Shown here: one piece after another, positions 29,132 to 38,566 of the stretch
How positions within the stretch are numbered: position 1 is the first letter of the stretch
Layout of the letters: every line of letters starts with the position of its first letter
NCBI GenBank assembly: GCA_903831095.1
Contig: CAIKWD010000026.1
Location: 136,477 to 200,476, forward strand
Direction: 5' to 3'
DNA length: 64,000 nt
DNA from: Candidatus Staskawiczbacteria bacterium
GTDB taxonomy: Bacteria; Patescibacteriota; Minisyncoccia; Minisyncoccales; Staskawiczbacteraceae
Notes under the pieces: model-generated
The model's input: only the letters and a program-made list of their open reading frames with translations
What the model was told of the DNA's origin: nothing
The model's database searches: none
Program-made: the position numbers and the translations under genes

Positions 29132-29197
29132 ATTGTATAAAGCTCTTGCGAAAAGCTGTTTTTTGTGTTATTTTTGTAATATCGGTTTTAAAAATTA

Positions 29198-29269
29198 GCC
29201 CCCGTCGTTCAATGGATAGGACGGAAGTTTCCTAAACCTCAAATATAGGTTCGATTCCTATCGGGGGCA
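29198..29269 (+). tRNA. tRNA-Arg(CCU)
   Basis: Acceptor GCCCCCG/CGGGGGC, anticodon loop TTCCTAA (one A-C mismatch in the anticodon stem), T-loop TTCGATT. Confidence 0.8.
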
Positions 29270-29379
29270 CAAATAAAATTGCGGCTGTTGGGCCGTTTTT
29301 TTATTGCATTTTGTTCATATTTTTGCTAATTTTATATTAGCTGTTTTACAATTTAATTTATAATAAATGGAGGTTTATA

Positions 29380-29790
29380 ATGAAGATTTTTTCTACAATC
29401 GACAAAATGCTTTTTGGAAAAATGCGCGAACGCAAGGCAAACAAAATCAAGGAAGCAGAAGTCGCAGAACAGCAAAGAATAAAGAAATTAATGGATATTG
29501 AAATGGAAAGGCGTGAGGAAAAGGAAGCTAGAATGATTTTTAAGTTTCCTGTTATTGGAATGACAAATGAGGAATTGGCTAAAATTCCAAATAGCGATAC
29601 TATTTCCAATCATTTTCTTCAAACTTGCCCATTTGGCACAAAATTTATTTGTCGAAAAAATCGCTTTCATCCCGATGCTATTGTAATTGGAAAGGTAGTT
29701 AAAGGCGAAGATTTATTCTGTGCTCAATGGGGTGCAGGGCTTTCTGTACCTGATAGGGGGATAAATCGTTATCGAGTTGAAATTGAATAA
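29380..29790 (+). CDS. Hypothetical protein
   Basis: 136-aa ORF with GGAGG 7 nt upstream and a hairpin terminator at about 29795-29822. Confidence 0.5.
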   Translation: MKIFSTIDKMLFGKMRERKANKIKEAEVAEQQRIKKLMDIEMERREEKEARMIFKFPVIGMTNEELAKIPNSDTISNHFLQTCPFGTKFICRKNRFHPDAIVIGKVVKGEDLFCAQWGAGLSVPDRGINRYRVEIE

Positions 29791-29927
29791 GTTTATGCCG
29801 GGATAATACCTGGCATTTTTATTGCTTGAATTTTATTTTTAGTTATTGTAACTTATATTAATAGTTAGATTTATTTAATTATTTTGGACTTTGTAAACTT
29901 AAAACTTTTTAAATAGGAGGGTTTTTT

Positions 29928-30353
29928 ATGAATGATTTGAATGATGTTAAGGTAGTTTATGAGACGCTAGGGGATTATAAAGATTGGCAACTGGATATGG
30001 CTTATATCTTGGAAGTTGTCCATGAAAATCGCCAACAGCTTTGTATCTCTGCCATGACAGCCTCAGAAGAAGGAGAACCCGAAGAAACTGTGTGCGTGCT
30101 TAAAAAACATCATCTCAAAAAAGTTTGGGATTGCATAGCAAAGCGAGACGCAACAGTTAGGGATTTTCCAGCTGCAATAAATATTGAGAAAAGAGTGGCA
30201 TATGACCTGAGGTCTTTTAACTTGAATTCAAAGCCAATGCGCATTTTTACAGAGGAAAAAATAGAGGCTATTTGCCTTAAAAGATTTCCTTTTGTATGGA
30301 TGCCCGGGCTAATATGCTCCTTACAAAACCCAAGGATCGAACCTATATTTTAA
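29928..30353 (+). CDS. Hypothetical protein
   Basis: 141-aa ORF with AGGAGGG upstream and a terminator at about 30373-30400. Confidence 0.5.
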   Translation: MNDLNDVKVVYETLGDYKDWQLDMAYILEVVHENRQQLCISAMTASEEGEPEETVCVLKKHHLKKVWDCIAKRDATVRDFPAAINIEKRVAYDLRSFNLNSKPMRIFTEEKIEAICLKRFPFVWMPGLICSLQNPRIEPIF

Positions 30354-30523
30354 AGTTAATAGAAATAATGGCCAGGCCTGAAAACCAGGCCTTTTTTATT
30401 GCATTTTTGGTCAAAAAATCGGGTTTTTGAGCTGTGGATAAAATAGGGGTCTAAGTCTGGACAGGGGGGCTTCTGGATGGTAAAATAGCCTAATAGTAGA
30501 TTTAACGTTAATAGAGGAAAATT

Positions 30524-30943
30524 ATGGAAAATAACGGTGAATTGAGCAATATCAACGACAAGCTAATAGACTTAGAACTAGCAAAAAGCGACAACAAAAA
30601 CTCAAAAGTAAGGAAATATCTGCCAGCATTCGTGTTGGTGGTTTCATTCTATTACTCTTTCCTTTTAGCCATAGGTTTGGCTTTGGGATATATTGGGTCT
30701 AAAATTTTCTCGAAATACCTTCTTGAAAACGGAAAAGTAGACTGCATTTTTATAGATTGTGGAAAGTACAAAATACACTTGCATCACTGGATTTTAGGAG
30801 CTTTATTGTTGTTGCTTGTGTGGTTCATAGATTACTTTTATCTTCCAAGATTCTTTGTGGGAGTGGTAGCTGGAATTATTGCTCACGACATTTACGACTT
30901 TAACGACTGGCACAAGGTTTTGATCAAAAACGAGGTAAAATAG
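30524..30943 (+). CDS. Small membrane protein
   Basis: 139 aa with three hydrophobic segments and His-rich loops. Confidence 0.55.
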   Translation: MENNGELSNINDKLIDLELAKSDNKNSKVRKYLPAFVLVVSFYYSFLLAIGLALGYIGSKIFSKYLLENGKVDCIFIDCGKYKIHLHHWILGALLLLLVWFIDYFYLPRFFVGVVAGIIAHDIYDFNDWHKVLIKNEVK

Positions 30944-31048
30944 GTAATAAAATATGTCTTTACAAATGCAGCTTACGGCTGCATTTTAGTTTGTCCTGAG
31001 CCTGTTGAAGGATTGAAGTAACAGTGTTTTTAAAGTATTATAATTTTA

Positions 31049-31389
31049 TGGAGGAGTCGCATATCCCGCGTAGCGGGACCCCGCTTCGCGGGGGTGGCTT
31101 CATTATTTATGTTTACAACGTATATTCTAAAAAGTTTAAAAACCGGACGATACTATATTGGACAAACGGAAGATATTGTAGATAGAATTAAAAGGCATAA
31201 TTCGGGGCGGTCTAAAGCTACAAAAAATTCTATGCCTTGGGAGCTTATTTATTCCGAAGAATATTCAACCAGATCTTTAGCTTTTAGGAGAGAACAGGAA
31301 ATAAAATCATATAAAGGTGGTATAAAGTTTAAAAAGTTGCTAGGTTTATGGAAAGATAATTAAATCAATATTTTTGGAGGAGTCGCATA
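31049..31389 (+). mobile_element. GIY-YIG cassette bounded by a 15-bp direct repeat of the tRNA-Ser 5' end
   Basis: TGGAGGAGTCGCATA occurs at 31049-31063 and 31375-31389. Two GC-rich hairpins (CCCGC-GTA-GCGGG, CCCCGC-TTC-GCGGGG) follow the first copy. Confidence 0.5.
31109..31363 (+). CDS. GIY-YIG nuclease family protein (UPF0213-like)
   Basis: YILKSLKTGRYYIGQTEDIVDRIKRHNSG...TKNSMPWELIYSEEY...REQEIKSYKG. ATG 31109 is preferred over GTG 31094. Confidence 0.8.
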   Translation: MFTTYILKSLKTGRYYIGQTEDIVDRIKRHNSGRSKATKNSMPWELIYSEEYSTRSLAFRREQEIKSYKGGIKFKKLLGLWKDN

Positions 31390-31460
31390 GTGGCTATTGC
31401 AACGGTTTCGAAAACCGTAATCCCTTACGGGATTCGTGAGTTCGAGTCTCACCTCCTCCG
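31376..31460 (+). tRNA. tRNA-Ser(CGA)
   Basis: Acceptor GGAGGAG/CTCCTCC, anticodon loop TTCGAAA, long variable arm, T-loop TTCGAGT. Confidence 0.85.
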
Positions 31461-31489
31461 CATTAAATTTATAATTAAATTTAAAAAAA

Positions 31490-32638
31490 ATGCAAAAAGT
31501 AAAAGTGGCAATTATTGGTGGAGGAGTAGCTGGTTTAATGTGTGCTCGTGAGTTAGAGAAAAAGGGGGTGAAAGATTTTGTGGTTATATCAAAGGATATC
31601 GGCGGGCGAGTCATATGCTCTAGTAATAGAAAAGTAAATTATGGCGCTTATTTTGTAACTAAAACTTATAAAAATCTAAAGCCATTTTTGCAATTTTTGC
31701 GTCCTATTAGGAAAAAAGATTGTCTTTTTGTTAAGTCACGAAAAATATATACGATATTTTCTTTTCATTTTGTTCCCTATATTTTTAGTTATTTGCGGTT
31801 AATCTTGGGGCTGATTAAGTTTAGAATACATTTTGAGCGTTTTAGAAAAAATACCCTTAAAATTTCTCAGAAAAAAGCCATAGAATTAGACCCATATCTT
31901 TCAAAGCTATATTTTACAAAGGCTTCTGATTTTATAGAACAGAAGAGATTGCAAAAGTATGAACATGAGTATCTTGACGCCATGGCTAATGCAATGTCTT
32001 TTTCAGACCCCAATAAAGCTTCTGCATTTTTGTTTCTTCAATGGGCTTCAGAAATGTTGCTTTACACATTGTATGAGTTTTACATGGATATTCCTAAAAT
32101 GATTAATAATTTTAAGGAAAAAATAATTATAGATACTGTTAAAAAAATAGATTATAACGACGGAAAGTATATTGTTAAAACTGAGAACAATTTGCAAATT
32201 GAATCTTCATATTTGGTAATGGCAGCTGAGCCTTGGCTCAGTAAAGACATTATTGATGTTAAATTGCCAGAATATGATTTTACCAATGCTCATATGTGGC
32301 ATATTGCCGGAAATGTTAGAGAAACATATAAAAAGAAAATTTATGTATTTTTTCCAGCCAAGGCATCATTTATTGTGCTTGCTCGGCAATTAGATGATAC
32401 TTACATAGTTTATGCAGATAACAAAGATGTAGATCTTGGGCATTGTTTTATTGATTACCAGATAATTTTTGAAAAAGACTGGGTTCCAGCTTTTCAATAC
32501 AATAGATATGATATTTTTGAGGCGGAAAAAGAAAATGGTTTGTATTTTATAGGTAGTCAAAATCTAGATGGGTTAGAAGACTCGGCGATAACTGGTGTAT
32601 GGGCAGCGCGTAAAATAATCAATGCCTGTAAAAAATAG
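31490..32638 (+). CDS. FAD/NAD(P)-binding oxidoreductase (amine-oxidase-like)
   Basis: N-terminal KVAIIGGGVAGLMCARELEKKG dinucleotide-binding motif. Confidence 0.65.
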   Translation: MQKVKVAIIGGGVAGLMCARELEKKGVKDFVVISKDIGGRVICSSNRKVNYGAYFVTKTYKNLKPFLQFLRPIRKKDCLFVKSRKIYTIFSFHFVPYIFSYLRLILGLIKFRIHFERFRKNTLKISQKKAIELDPYLSKLYFTKASDFIEQKRLQKYEHEYLDAMANAMSFSDPNKASAFLFLQWASEMLLYTLYEFYMDIPKMINNFKEKIIIDTVKKIDYNDGKYIVKTENNLQIESSYLVMAAEPWLSKDIIDVKLPEYDFTNAHMWHIAGNVRETYKKKIYVFFPAKASFIVLARQLDDTYIVYADNKDVDLGHCFIDYQIIFEKDWVPAFQYNRYDIFEAEKENGLYFIGSQNLDGLEDSAITGVWAARKIINACKK

Positions 32639-32681
32639 TTAAGATTAGGTTAAGGTAGGCATTTATTAAAAAGTATCTGAT

Positions 32682-33158
32682 ATGAACAAAGAAATATTTC
32701 AAACAAAAAATTTCATAGTTGAGGCTGTTGAAAAGCCACATGTGACTAGGTTAGATGGCGGGCATATTAAAATTACCCCAAAAGTTAAATTACTGGATCG
32801 CACACAGCTTTCTCCAGAATTGGCAATAGAACTTATAAGGTTGACTATGGTAGCTGGAGAAGCAATGGCAAAAGCACTGAACAATAGAGGGATTGATGTA
32901 GGTAGGATAAATTATCAGGACAATGGAAATTGGGGTGTTTTCAACCCTGAAGGACCTTTTCTGCATATTCATTTATATGGCAGGGCCAAAAGCGCAAAAA
33001 TAAACAAATGGGGAGATGCAATTTTTGCGGGGCACAGGGACACAGGATTTTATGATAATTTTGAGCCTCTTAACGATGGCGACATTGCCGAAATAAAAAA
33101 AGAGATTGAGTTGATTTTCAAGGGAGAAAAATATCAAGACAAAAACTGGCATTTATAG
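32682..33158 (+). CDS. HIT-like domain protein
   Basis: PFLHIHLYGR resembles the histidine-triad motif. 158 aa. Confidence 0.45.
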   Translation: MNKEIFQTKNFIVEAVEKPHVTRLDGGHIKITPKVKLLDRTQLSPELAIELIRLTMVAGEAMAKALNNRGIDVGRINYQDNGNWGVFNPEGPFLHIHLYGRAKSAKINKWGDAIFAGHRDTGFYDNFEPLNDGDIAEIKKEIELIFKGEKYQDKNWHL

Positions 33159-33169
33159 AACTTGTATTT

Positions 33170-34018
33170 GTGAAAAAAGTAATTGTGCTAAATAAAAAAG
33201 AAGGTCAGACTCCGCTTTTTGCGTTGGAGGAATTTAGGAAGAAAAATTCAGAATATATAGACGTGCCAATGACTTACGCAGGTAGACTCGACCCAATGGC
33301 CAGCGGAGTTTTGATTGTGTTGGCAGGGGAGGAAACAAAGAACAAAGAGAAATATTTAGCTTTGGACAAGGAATATGAATTTAGTGTGCTGTTTGGTTTT
33401 AACACTGATACTTATGACATTTTAGGAAAAGTTGTAAAACAATCGCTCGACAACAAATTTCTCTTAGCTCAGCAACAAACTTTTTTCGGCAAGCAGGAAC
33501 TCGCTTTGCCTCTTCGGGCAAGTCGACCTGGGCCTTCAAAAAGTTTATTGCTTCGCTCTGAGTTTATTGTCTCGCTTGTTAAAAATAATTTAAAATATTT
33601 TAAAGGAAGGTTAAAGCAGAAATATCCAATTTATTCTTCTAAAAATGTAAATGGAAAACCACTCTTTAGTTATGCTAGAAGTGGGGAAGATGTAGAAATA
33701 CCAGAGAGAGAAATTTTTATTAAAAGTATAAAGCTGGGAAAAATTAGGGAAATTGGTAGTGAAAAATTAATTTTGAATGTTAAAAAAAGAGTAGAGAAAG
33801 TTGATGGAGATTTTAGGCAAAAGGAAATACTGAAAATATGGCAGAAAAAATTGCTAGGCAGTAAAAAATTGCAGTCATTCTATATTGCCGACTTTAAAAT
33901 AAAATGTACAAGCGGAACTTATGTGAGAACCTTGGCAAATTCTTTGGGAGAAAAAATGAAAATTCCTGCGTTGGCGTTTTCTATAAAAAGGACAAAAGTA
34001 GGAAAATATAAATTATAA
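33170..34018 (+). CDS. truB: tRNA pseudouridine(55) synthase TruB carrying an in-frame repeat insertion
   Basis: AGRLDPMASGVLIV catalytic Asp motif and YPIYSSKNVNGKPLFSYARSG. About 45 extra codons lie between conserved blocks. Confidence 0.85.
   Translation: MKKVIVLNKKEGQTPLFALEEFRKKNSEYIDVPMTYAGRLDPMASGVLIVLAGEETKNKEKYLALDKEYEFSVLFGFNTDTYDILGKVVKQSLDNKFLLAQQQTFFGKQELALPLRASRPGPSKSLLLRSEFIVSLVKNNLKYFKGRLKQKYPIYSSKNVNGKPLFSYARSGEDVEIPEREIFIKSIKLGKIREIGSEKLILNVKKRVEKVDGDFRQKEILKIWQKKLLGSKKLQSFYIADFKIKCTSGTYVRTLANSLGEKMKIPALAFSIKRTKVGKYKL
33442..33576 (+). repeat. Palindromic repeat element, copy c (nested/double, inside truB, in-frame)
   Basis: Outer arms ATCGCTCGACAACAAA / TTTATTGTCTCGCT. 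Inner arms GCTCAGCAACAAACTTTTT / AAAAAGTTTATTGCTTCGCT. Confidence 0.7.
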
Positions 34019-34021
34019 AAA

Positions 34022-34996
34022 ATGGAACTTGGTTTCTGGAAAAAAATTAAAAAGCCTGTTATGGTAATTGCCCCGATGTCTGGGGTTACTGATGAGCCTT
34101 TTCGCTTGATGTTTTTGAAATACGGCAAGCCAAGCGCTTTTTGGACAGAGTTTGTGTCAGCTGATGGCTTATTTTCCCGTGGCAGGGCATATTGCTTGGG
34201 AGTTTTAAAACATTCGCCAAAAGAGCGGCCAATAGTGGCTCAAATTTTTGGCTCTGACCCAGTAAATTTTGAAAAGACTGCTAGCTTAATTTCAGAACTT
34301 GGTTTTGACGGAATAGACATTAATATGGGTTGCCCTGACAACGGTATAGAAAAACAGGGAGCAGGGTCAGCCTTAATAAAGAATCCTGCTTTAGCTGTGG
34401 AAATTATAAGGGCTACCAAACTCGGAGCAGGTAAAATTCCAGTTTCTGTAAAAACCAGAATTGGATATAGTAAAAATGAAATCTCAGAATGGTTGCCTGC
34501 TATTTTAAAAGAAGAAATAGCTGTTTTAACTGTGCATTTTAGAACTAGAGACGACTTGTATTACAAGCCAGCTAATTGGGAGTTGGCAAAAGAGGTTGTA
34601 AAGCTTCGCGACAAATATTCACCAAAGACTTTGATTCTTGGAAATGGAGACGTAAAGTCACTTGTGGAAGCTAAAAAGTTGATTAAAGAAAACGGATTGG
34701 ATGGGGTAATGATTGGAAGAGCAGTTGTGGGAAACCCTTGGTTTTTTGCTAAGAAGCTTCCCACTTTGAAAACCAGGCTTGAGGCAATAATAAAGCATGC
34801 GGAAATTTTTGATGACTTTCATAAGGAGGAAATAAACAATAAAAAATACTATAAAAAGTTTGTAAGCATTAGAAAACATTTTCATCATTATTCTAAAGGA
34901 TTTGTTGGCGCTAGGGAATTGAGAGATCAATTGATGAAAGTAAAAAGCACCAAGGAAACAAAAGAAGTAATTAAAAAATTCTTAAAATCGCTGTAA
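34022..34996 (+). CDS. tRNA-dihydrouridine synthase
   Basis: APMSGVTDEPFRLM, DINMGCP and TVHFRTR motifs. Confidence 0.85.
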   Translation: MELGFWKKIKKPVMVIAPMSGVTDEPFRLMFLKYGKPSAFWTEFVSADGLFSRGRAYCLGVLKHSPKERPIVAQIFGSDPVNFEKTASLISELGFDGIDINMGCPDNGIEKQGAGSALIKNPALAVEIIRATKLGAGKIPVSVKTRIGYSKNEISEWLPAILKEEIAVLTVHFRTRDDLYYKPANWELAKEVVKLRDKYSPKTLILGNGDVKSLVEAKKLIKENGLDGVMIGRAVVGNPWFFAKKLPTLKTRLEAIIKHAEIFDDFHKEEINNKKYYKKFVSIRKHFHHYSKGFVGARELRDQLMKVKSTKETKEVIKKFLKSL

Positions 34997-35023
34997 TGGC
35001 GATTTTTAAGTTATAATGTAAGT

Positions 35024-36043
35024 ATGAAAAGGTTTTTGCTGATTATTTTATTGTTTGTTTTTTTTCTGGCGCCGGTTTTGTGTTTGGCTGAAAATTATAG
35101 CATGGAAAAGATTTTCTATATGTCGCAGTTAAAGGAGAAAGAGGGAATTGCCAGTATAAAAATTAATGCCGACAAAATTGATATTTTGGCTCCGCAGTTT
35201 TTTACAGTTTCAGCTAAAATGACTTTAGATGGAAAGCTCGACGCTCAGCTTAAAAATGTTATAAACCAAAAGAAACTAAAAGTCATGCCTTTGGTGACAA
35301 ATGCCGGTTTTAAGCAAAGCGTAATACATAACTTGTTGCTTTCCAGCAAATCTCAAAATTCTGTTATAAAAGCCTTGGTTGATTTAGCAAAAAAAGAAAA
35401 ATATATTGGCTGGCAGTTTGATTTTGAAAATATAAGCTATTTAGACAAAGATTTATATTCGGCTTTTGTAGAAAGAACTTATAAATCCTTTCAAAAGAAT
35501 AAATTAATTTTAAGTATAGCTGCTGTTTCACGTAGTGTTGATTATGAGGATACAGATGCATTTAAAAATTGGGGAGGAGTTTTTGACTATGCCAGGCTTG
35601 CCAAGTCAGCAGATTTTATAAGTTTGATGACATATGACGACCCAGATTCAGTTGGCCCAGTTGCATCTTTGTCATTTGTTAATAAAGTGCTTGTTTATGT
35701 AAAAGGCAAGATTCCACCTGAAAAGCTGTCTTTAGGAATCCCTTTGTACAATTGGGGATGGAGTATAAGTCCGTTTAAAAAGGTTGTAGCTAGCGGCACT
35801 TACGATGGTTTTTTAAAAACTAAATCTGAGCATTTAAATGTTTCAGGTTTTAACGAGCAATTAGGGGCATCTTGGCTAACATATTTTTTGAATAATAAAT
35901 TTTATTTGCTTTGGTTCCAAGACAAAAAAGTCATAGATAGCAAGTTAGACATAATTAAGCAGAATAATCTTAGAGGTTTTTCCGCCTGGGTTTTGGGTGT
36001 AGAAGATCCTGAAATCTGGAGCTCCTTGGGCAATAATCATTGA
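35024..36043 (+). CDS. Secreted glycoside hydrolase family 18-like protein
   Basis: Signal peptide. IGWQFDFENI matches the GH18 DxxDxDxE-type catalytic strip. Confidence 0.7.
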   Translation: MKRFLLIILLFVFFLAPVLCLAENYSMEKIFYMSQLKEKEGIASIKINADKIDILAPQFFTVSAKMTLDGKLDAQLKNVINQKKLKVMPLVTNAGFKQSVIHNLLLSSKSQNSVIKALVDLAKKEKYIGWQFDFENISYLDKDLYSAFVERTYKSFQKNKLILSIAAVSRSVDYEDTDAFKNWGGVFDYARLAKSADFISLMTYDDPDSVGPVASLSFVNKVLVYVKGKIPPEKLSLGIPLYNWGWSISPFKKVVASGTYDGFLKTKSEHLNVSGFNEQLGASWLTYFLNNKFYLLWFQDKKVIDSKLDIIKQNNLRGFSAWVLGVEDPEIWSSLGNNH

Positions 36044-36076
36044 AGTTTTGTCAAATTTAGAGTAAGATAATAAATT

Positions 36077-36553
36077 ATGGATATCATCCTAATTTCTTTA
36101 ATTGCATCAGCTGTTGTCATACTAATTTTAGTTGTGATCAATATTTTTTTATTGGTGAAATTCAGCCAGACAAATAAGAAATTAGATAAGCTTTTAGAGG
36201 GTGGGAAAATTAAGGATTTTAAGGATATTTTTCTGTCGCAGAAAGATAAAAATAAGGAGCTTGAATTGCAGATAAAAGATGCATTTTTAAAGATAGAAAA
36301 AATAGAGGGAATATGCCAGACAACAATTAGGAAAATTGGAGTTGTAAGGTTTAATCCGTTTAACGACATGGGAGGCAACCAAAGCTTTGTTGTTGCTATG
36401 TTGGACGAAAACAATAATGGCTTTATAATTTCTAGTATATTTGCTAAGGAAGGAAGCAGAGTTTATGCAAAAACAGTAAAAGCAGGAAAGTCAGAATATA
36501 TTTTATCAAAAGACGAAGTTGAGGCAATAGAGAAGGCAATTAACTTTAAGTAA
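36077..36553 (+). CDS. DUF4446 family protein
   Basis: N-terminal TM helix and GVVRFNPFNDMGGNQSFVVAMLDENNNGFIISSI. Confidence 0.65.
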   Translation: MDIILISLIASAVVILILVVINIFLLVKFSQTNKKLDKLLEGGKIKDFKDIFLSQKDKNKELELQIKDAFLKIEKIEGICQTTIRKIGVVRFNPFNDMGGNQSFVVAMLDENNNGFIISSIFAKEGSRVYAKTVKAGKSEYILSKDEVEAIEKAINFK

Positions 36554-36557
36554 TATT

Positions 36558-38072
36558 ATGGTAAAGAAAGAAATTAAGAAAAAGGAACTTTTGAGCAGGC
36601 CACCAGTGGTGGTTGTTTTGGGGCACGTTGACCATGGAAAATCTTCACTTTTGGAAGCCATTAGGGACTTTAAAATTACTTCAAAAGAATCAGGTGGAAT
36701 TACTCAACACATTGGAGCATATGAAATTGAAGAAAAAGGTAAAAAGATTACTTTTATAGATACTCCAGGACACGAAGCTTTTTCTGCTATGCGTGCTAGA
36801 GGCGCAGAAGTGGCTGATATTGCGTTGTTGGTGGTAGATGCTGCTCAAAGCGTACAACCCCAGACAAAAGAGGCCATAATGGCAATAAAGCGCGCAGAAA
36901 TACCAATGATTGTAGTGTTAAACAAGATTGACTTGCCAACAGCTAACCCTACTAAAATCAAAGGAGAGCTTTCCAAGGTTGATGTGGTTGTGGAATCTTT
37001 TGGCGGAACAATTCCTTCGGTGGAAGTTTCTGCTAAAGAAAAAACTGGTATTGAAGAATTGATTGATATTATTTTGCTTGTAGCCGACATGCAGGAGTTA
37101 AAATCTGACGTTGATGTACCCGCTGAAGGTTTAATTATTGAGTCTTATATGGATGTTGCTCGAGGACCAGTGGCTACAGCAATAGTTCAAAAAGGGGTTC
37201 TTAAGTCAAAAGCAATTATTGCCACAGATTTGGCAATGGCAAAAGTAAAAGCTGTAAAAGATTTTATGGGAAAGGAAATTTTAGAAGCGTTTCCTTCTCA
37301 GCCAGTAATTATATTGGGTTTTGAAAAGGTTCCCGCAGTTGGAGAAAAATTTAAAAGTTATGCGACTGCTGAAGAAGCGATGAAAGAAATGAAAAGGGAA
37401 ATTCCAAAGAGGGAAGTTGGTTCAACTGTTTTGGATTCTGATCCAACTAAAAAAGTTTTGAATATAATTTTGAAGGGAGATGTTTTTGGTTCAATTGAAG
37501 CTATTGAAGGAATGCTGAAAAATTTGCCACAGGACAAGGCTATAATAAGAATTTTAAAATCGGAAGTTGGAGAAATAAATGAAACAGATGCCAAACTGGC
37601 CGAAATGTCAAAAGCCATAATTATTGGGTTTAGGGTAAAAATCAGCCCGTTAGTTGTGCAGTTTATGAGAAACGACTTGGATAAGAAGTTGAGAATTAAA
37701 ACTTTTGAGATAATTTACGAGCTTATACAGGATGTTAGAAACAGTTTGGAAAAAACTTTAGAAGCTGAAACAATTAGAAAAGATGTTGGAAAATTAAGGA
37801 CCATTTTGGTTTTTTGGGGAGAAAAGAGCAGGCAAATTGTTGGTGGAAAAATTACCGAAGGAGAATTGAAAAAAGGTTTGAAGCTTGAAATTATGCGAGA
37901 TGATAAAAAAGTTGGTTCGGGCAGGATTATTAATTTGCAAAGGGACAAGAAAGACATAGACAAACTTACCAAGGGTGACGAGGCTGGTATACTTTTTGAG
38001 GGAAACGTAAAAATTGAAAAGGGAGATATAATAGTCGCATACGTTGAGGAAAGAAGAAAAGGAGAATTATAA
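36558..38072 (+). CDS. infB: Translation initiation factor IF-2 (short form)
   Basis: RPPVVVVLGHVDHGKSSLLEAIR, DTPGHEAF and NKID G-domain motifs. 504 aa. Confidence 0.9.
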   Translation: MVKKEIKKKELLSRPPVVVVLGHVDHGKSSLLEAIRDFKITSKESGGITQHIGAYEIEEKGKKITFIDTPGHEAFSAMRARGAEVADIALLVVDAAQSVQPQTKEAIMAIKRAEIPMIVVLNKIDLPTANPTKIKGELSKVDVVVESFGGTIPSVEVSAKEKTGIEELIDIILLVADMQELKSDVDVPAEGLIIESYMDVARGPVATAIVQKGVLKSKAIIATDLAMAKVKAVKDFMGKEILEAFPSQPVIILGFEKVPAVGEKFKSYATAEEAMKEMKREIPKREVGSTVLDSDPTKKVLNIILKGDVFGSIEAIEGMLKNLPQDKAIIRILKSEVGEINETDAKLAEMSKAIIIGFRVKISPLVVQFMRNDLDKKLRIKTFEIIYELIQDVRNSLEKTLEAETIRKDVGKLRTILVFWGEKSRQIVGGKITEGELKKGLKLEIMRDDKKVGSGRIINLQRDKKDIDKLTKGDEAGILFEGNVKIEKGDIIVAYVEERRKGEL

Positions 38073-38075
38073 ATT

Positions 38076-38447
38076 ATGGTAGATAGAATAGATAAAGTAA
38101 ATTCATTGTTGCAGCATGAAATTGGGAAAATTCTCCTTAAAGATTTTGCTTTTTCCCCAGAAATTTTAGTTACCATCACCAGAGTAGACACTTCTTCCAA
38201 CATGATTGAAACAAAAGTGTTTGTTTCAGTTTTCCCAGAGACAAAATCAGACGGAATTATAAATGCGCTTAACAAATCGGTTTCAGATATACAGTACCAA
38301 ATAAATAGGACTTTACGCATGAGGCCAATTCCAAAAATTAAGTTTGTTAGGGAAACTGAGATTTTACAGGCTGCCAGAATTGAGGAACTTTTATATAAGG
38401 CAAAAGAATCTGACGGACAGTCGCCAGATGTTGAAAAAACAGAATAA
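38076..38447 (+). CDS. rbfA: Ribosome-binding factor A
   Basis: Follows infB by 3 nt. RIDKVNSLLQHEIGKIL...ITRVDTSSNMIETKVFVS matches the family. Confidence 0.8.
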   Translation: MVDRIDKVNSLLQHEIGKILLKDFAFSPEILVTITRVDTSSNMIETKVFVSVFPETKSDGIINALNKSVSDIQYQINRTLRMRPIPKIKFVRETEILQAARIEELLYKAKESDGQSPDVEKTE

Positions 38448-38474
38448 ATTGGTAGAATAGTATTATAAATCATT

Positions 38475-38546
38475 GGCACGGTAGCAAAGTAGTAATGCAC
38501 TTCTCTGCAAAAGAAGTATACGTGAGTGCGATTCTCACCCGTGCCT
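38475..38546 (+). tRNA. tRNA-Cys(GCA)
   Basis: Acceptor GGCACGG/CCGTGCC, anticodon loop CTGCAAA. Confidence 0.85.
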
Positions 38547-38566
38547 CAAAATTAGTAAAATATTAT

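Noticed and set aside
30433-30441. A perfect DnaA-box 9-mer (TGTGGATAA), noticed because of the DnaA-domain-IV nuclease.
   Set aside because: It is a single occurrence. A given 9-mer is expected about 0.5 times by chance in 64 kb on both strands. No cluster or AT-rich unwinding element lies nearby.
37715-38500. A 261-aa antisense ORF over infB/rbfA. Similar long antisense ORFs occur at 15621-16160, 2150-2596, 25531-25971, 54797-55246, 57806-58303 and 28086-28658.
   Set aside because: Each lies opposite a gene with strong motif support. Their Ser/Phe/Leu/Ile-rich, low-complexity translations are what the complement of GAA/AAA-rich coding DNA produces. No start context or motifs were seen.
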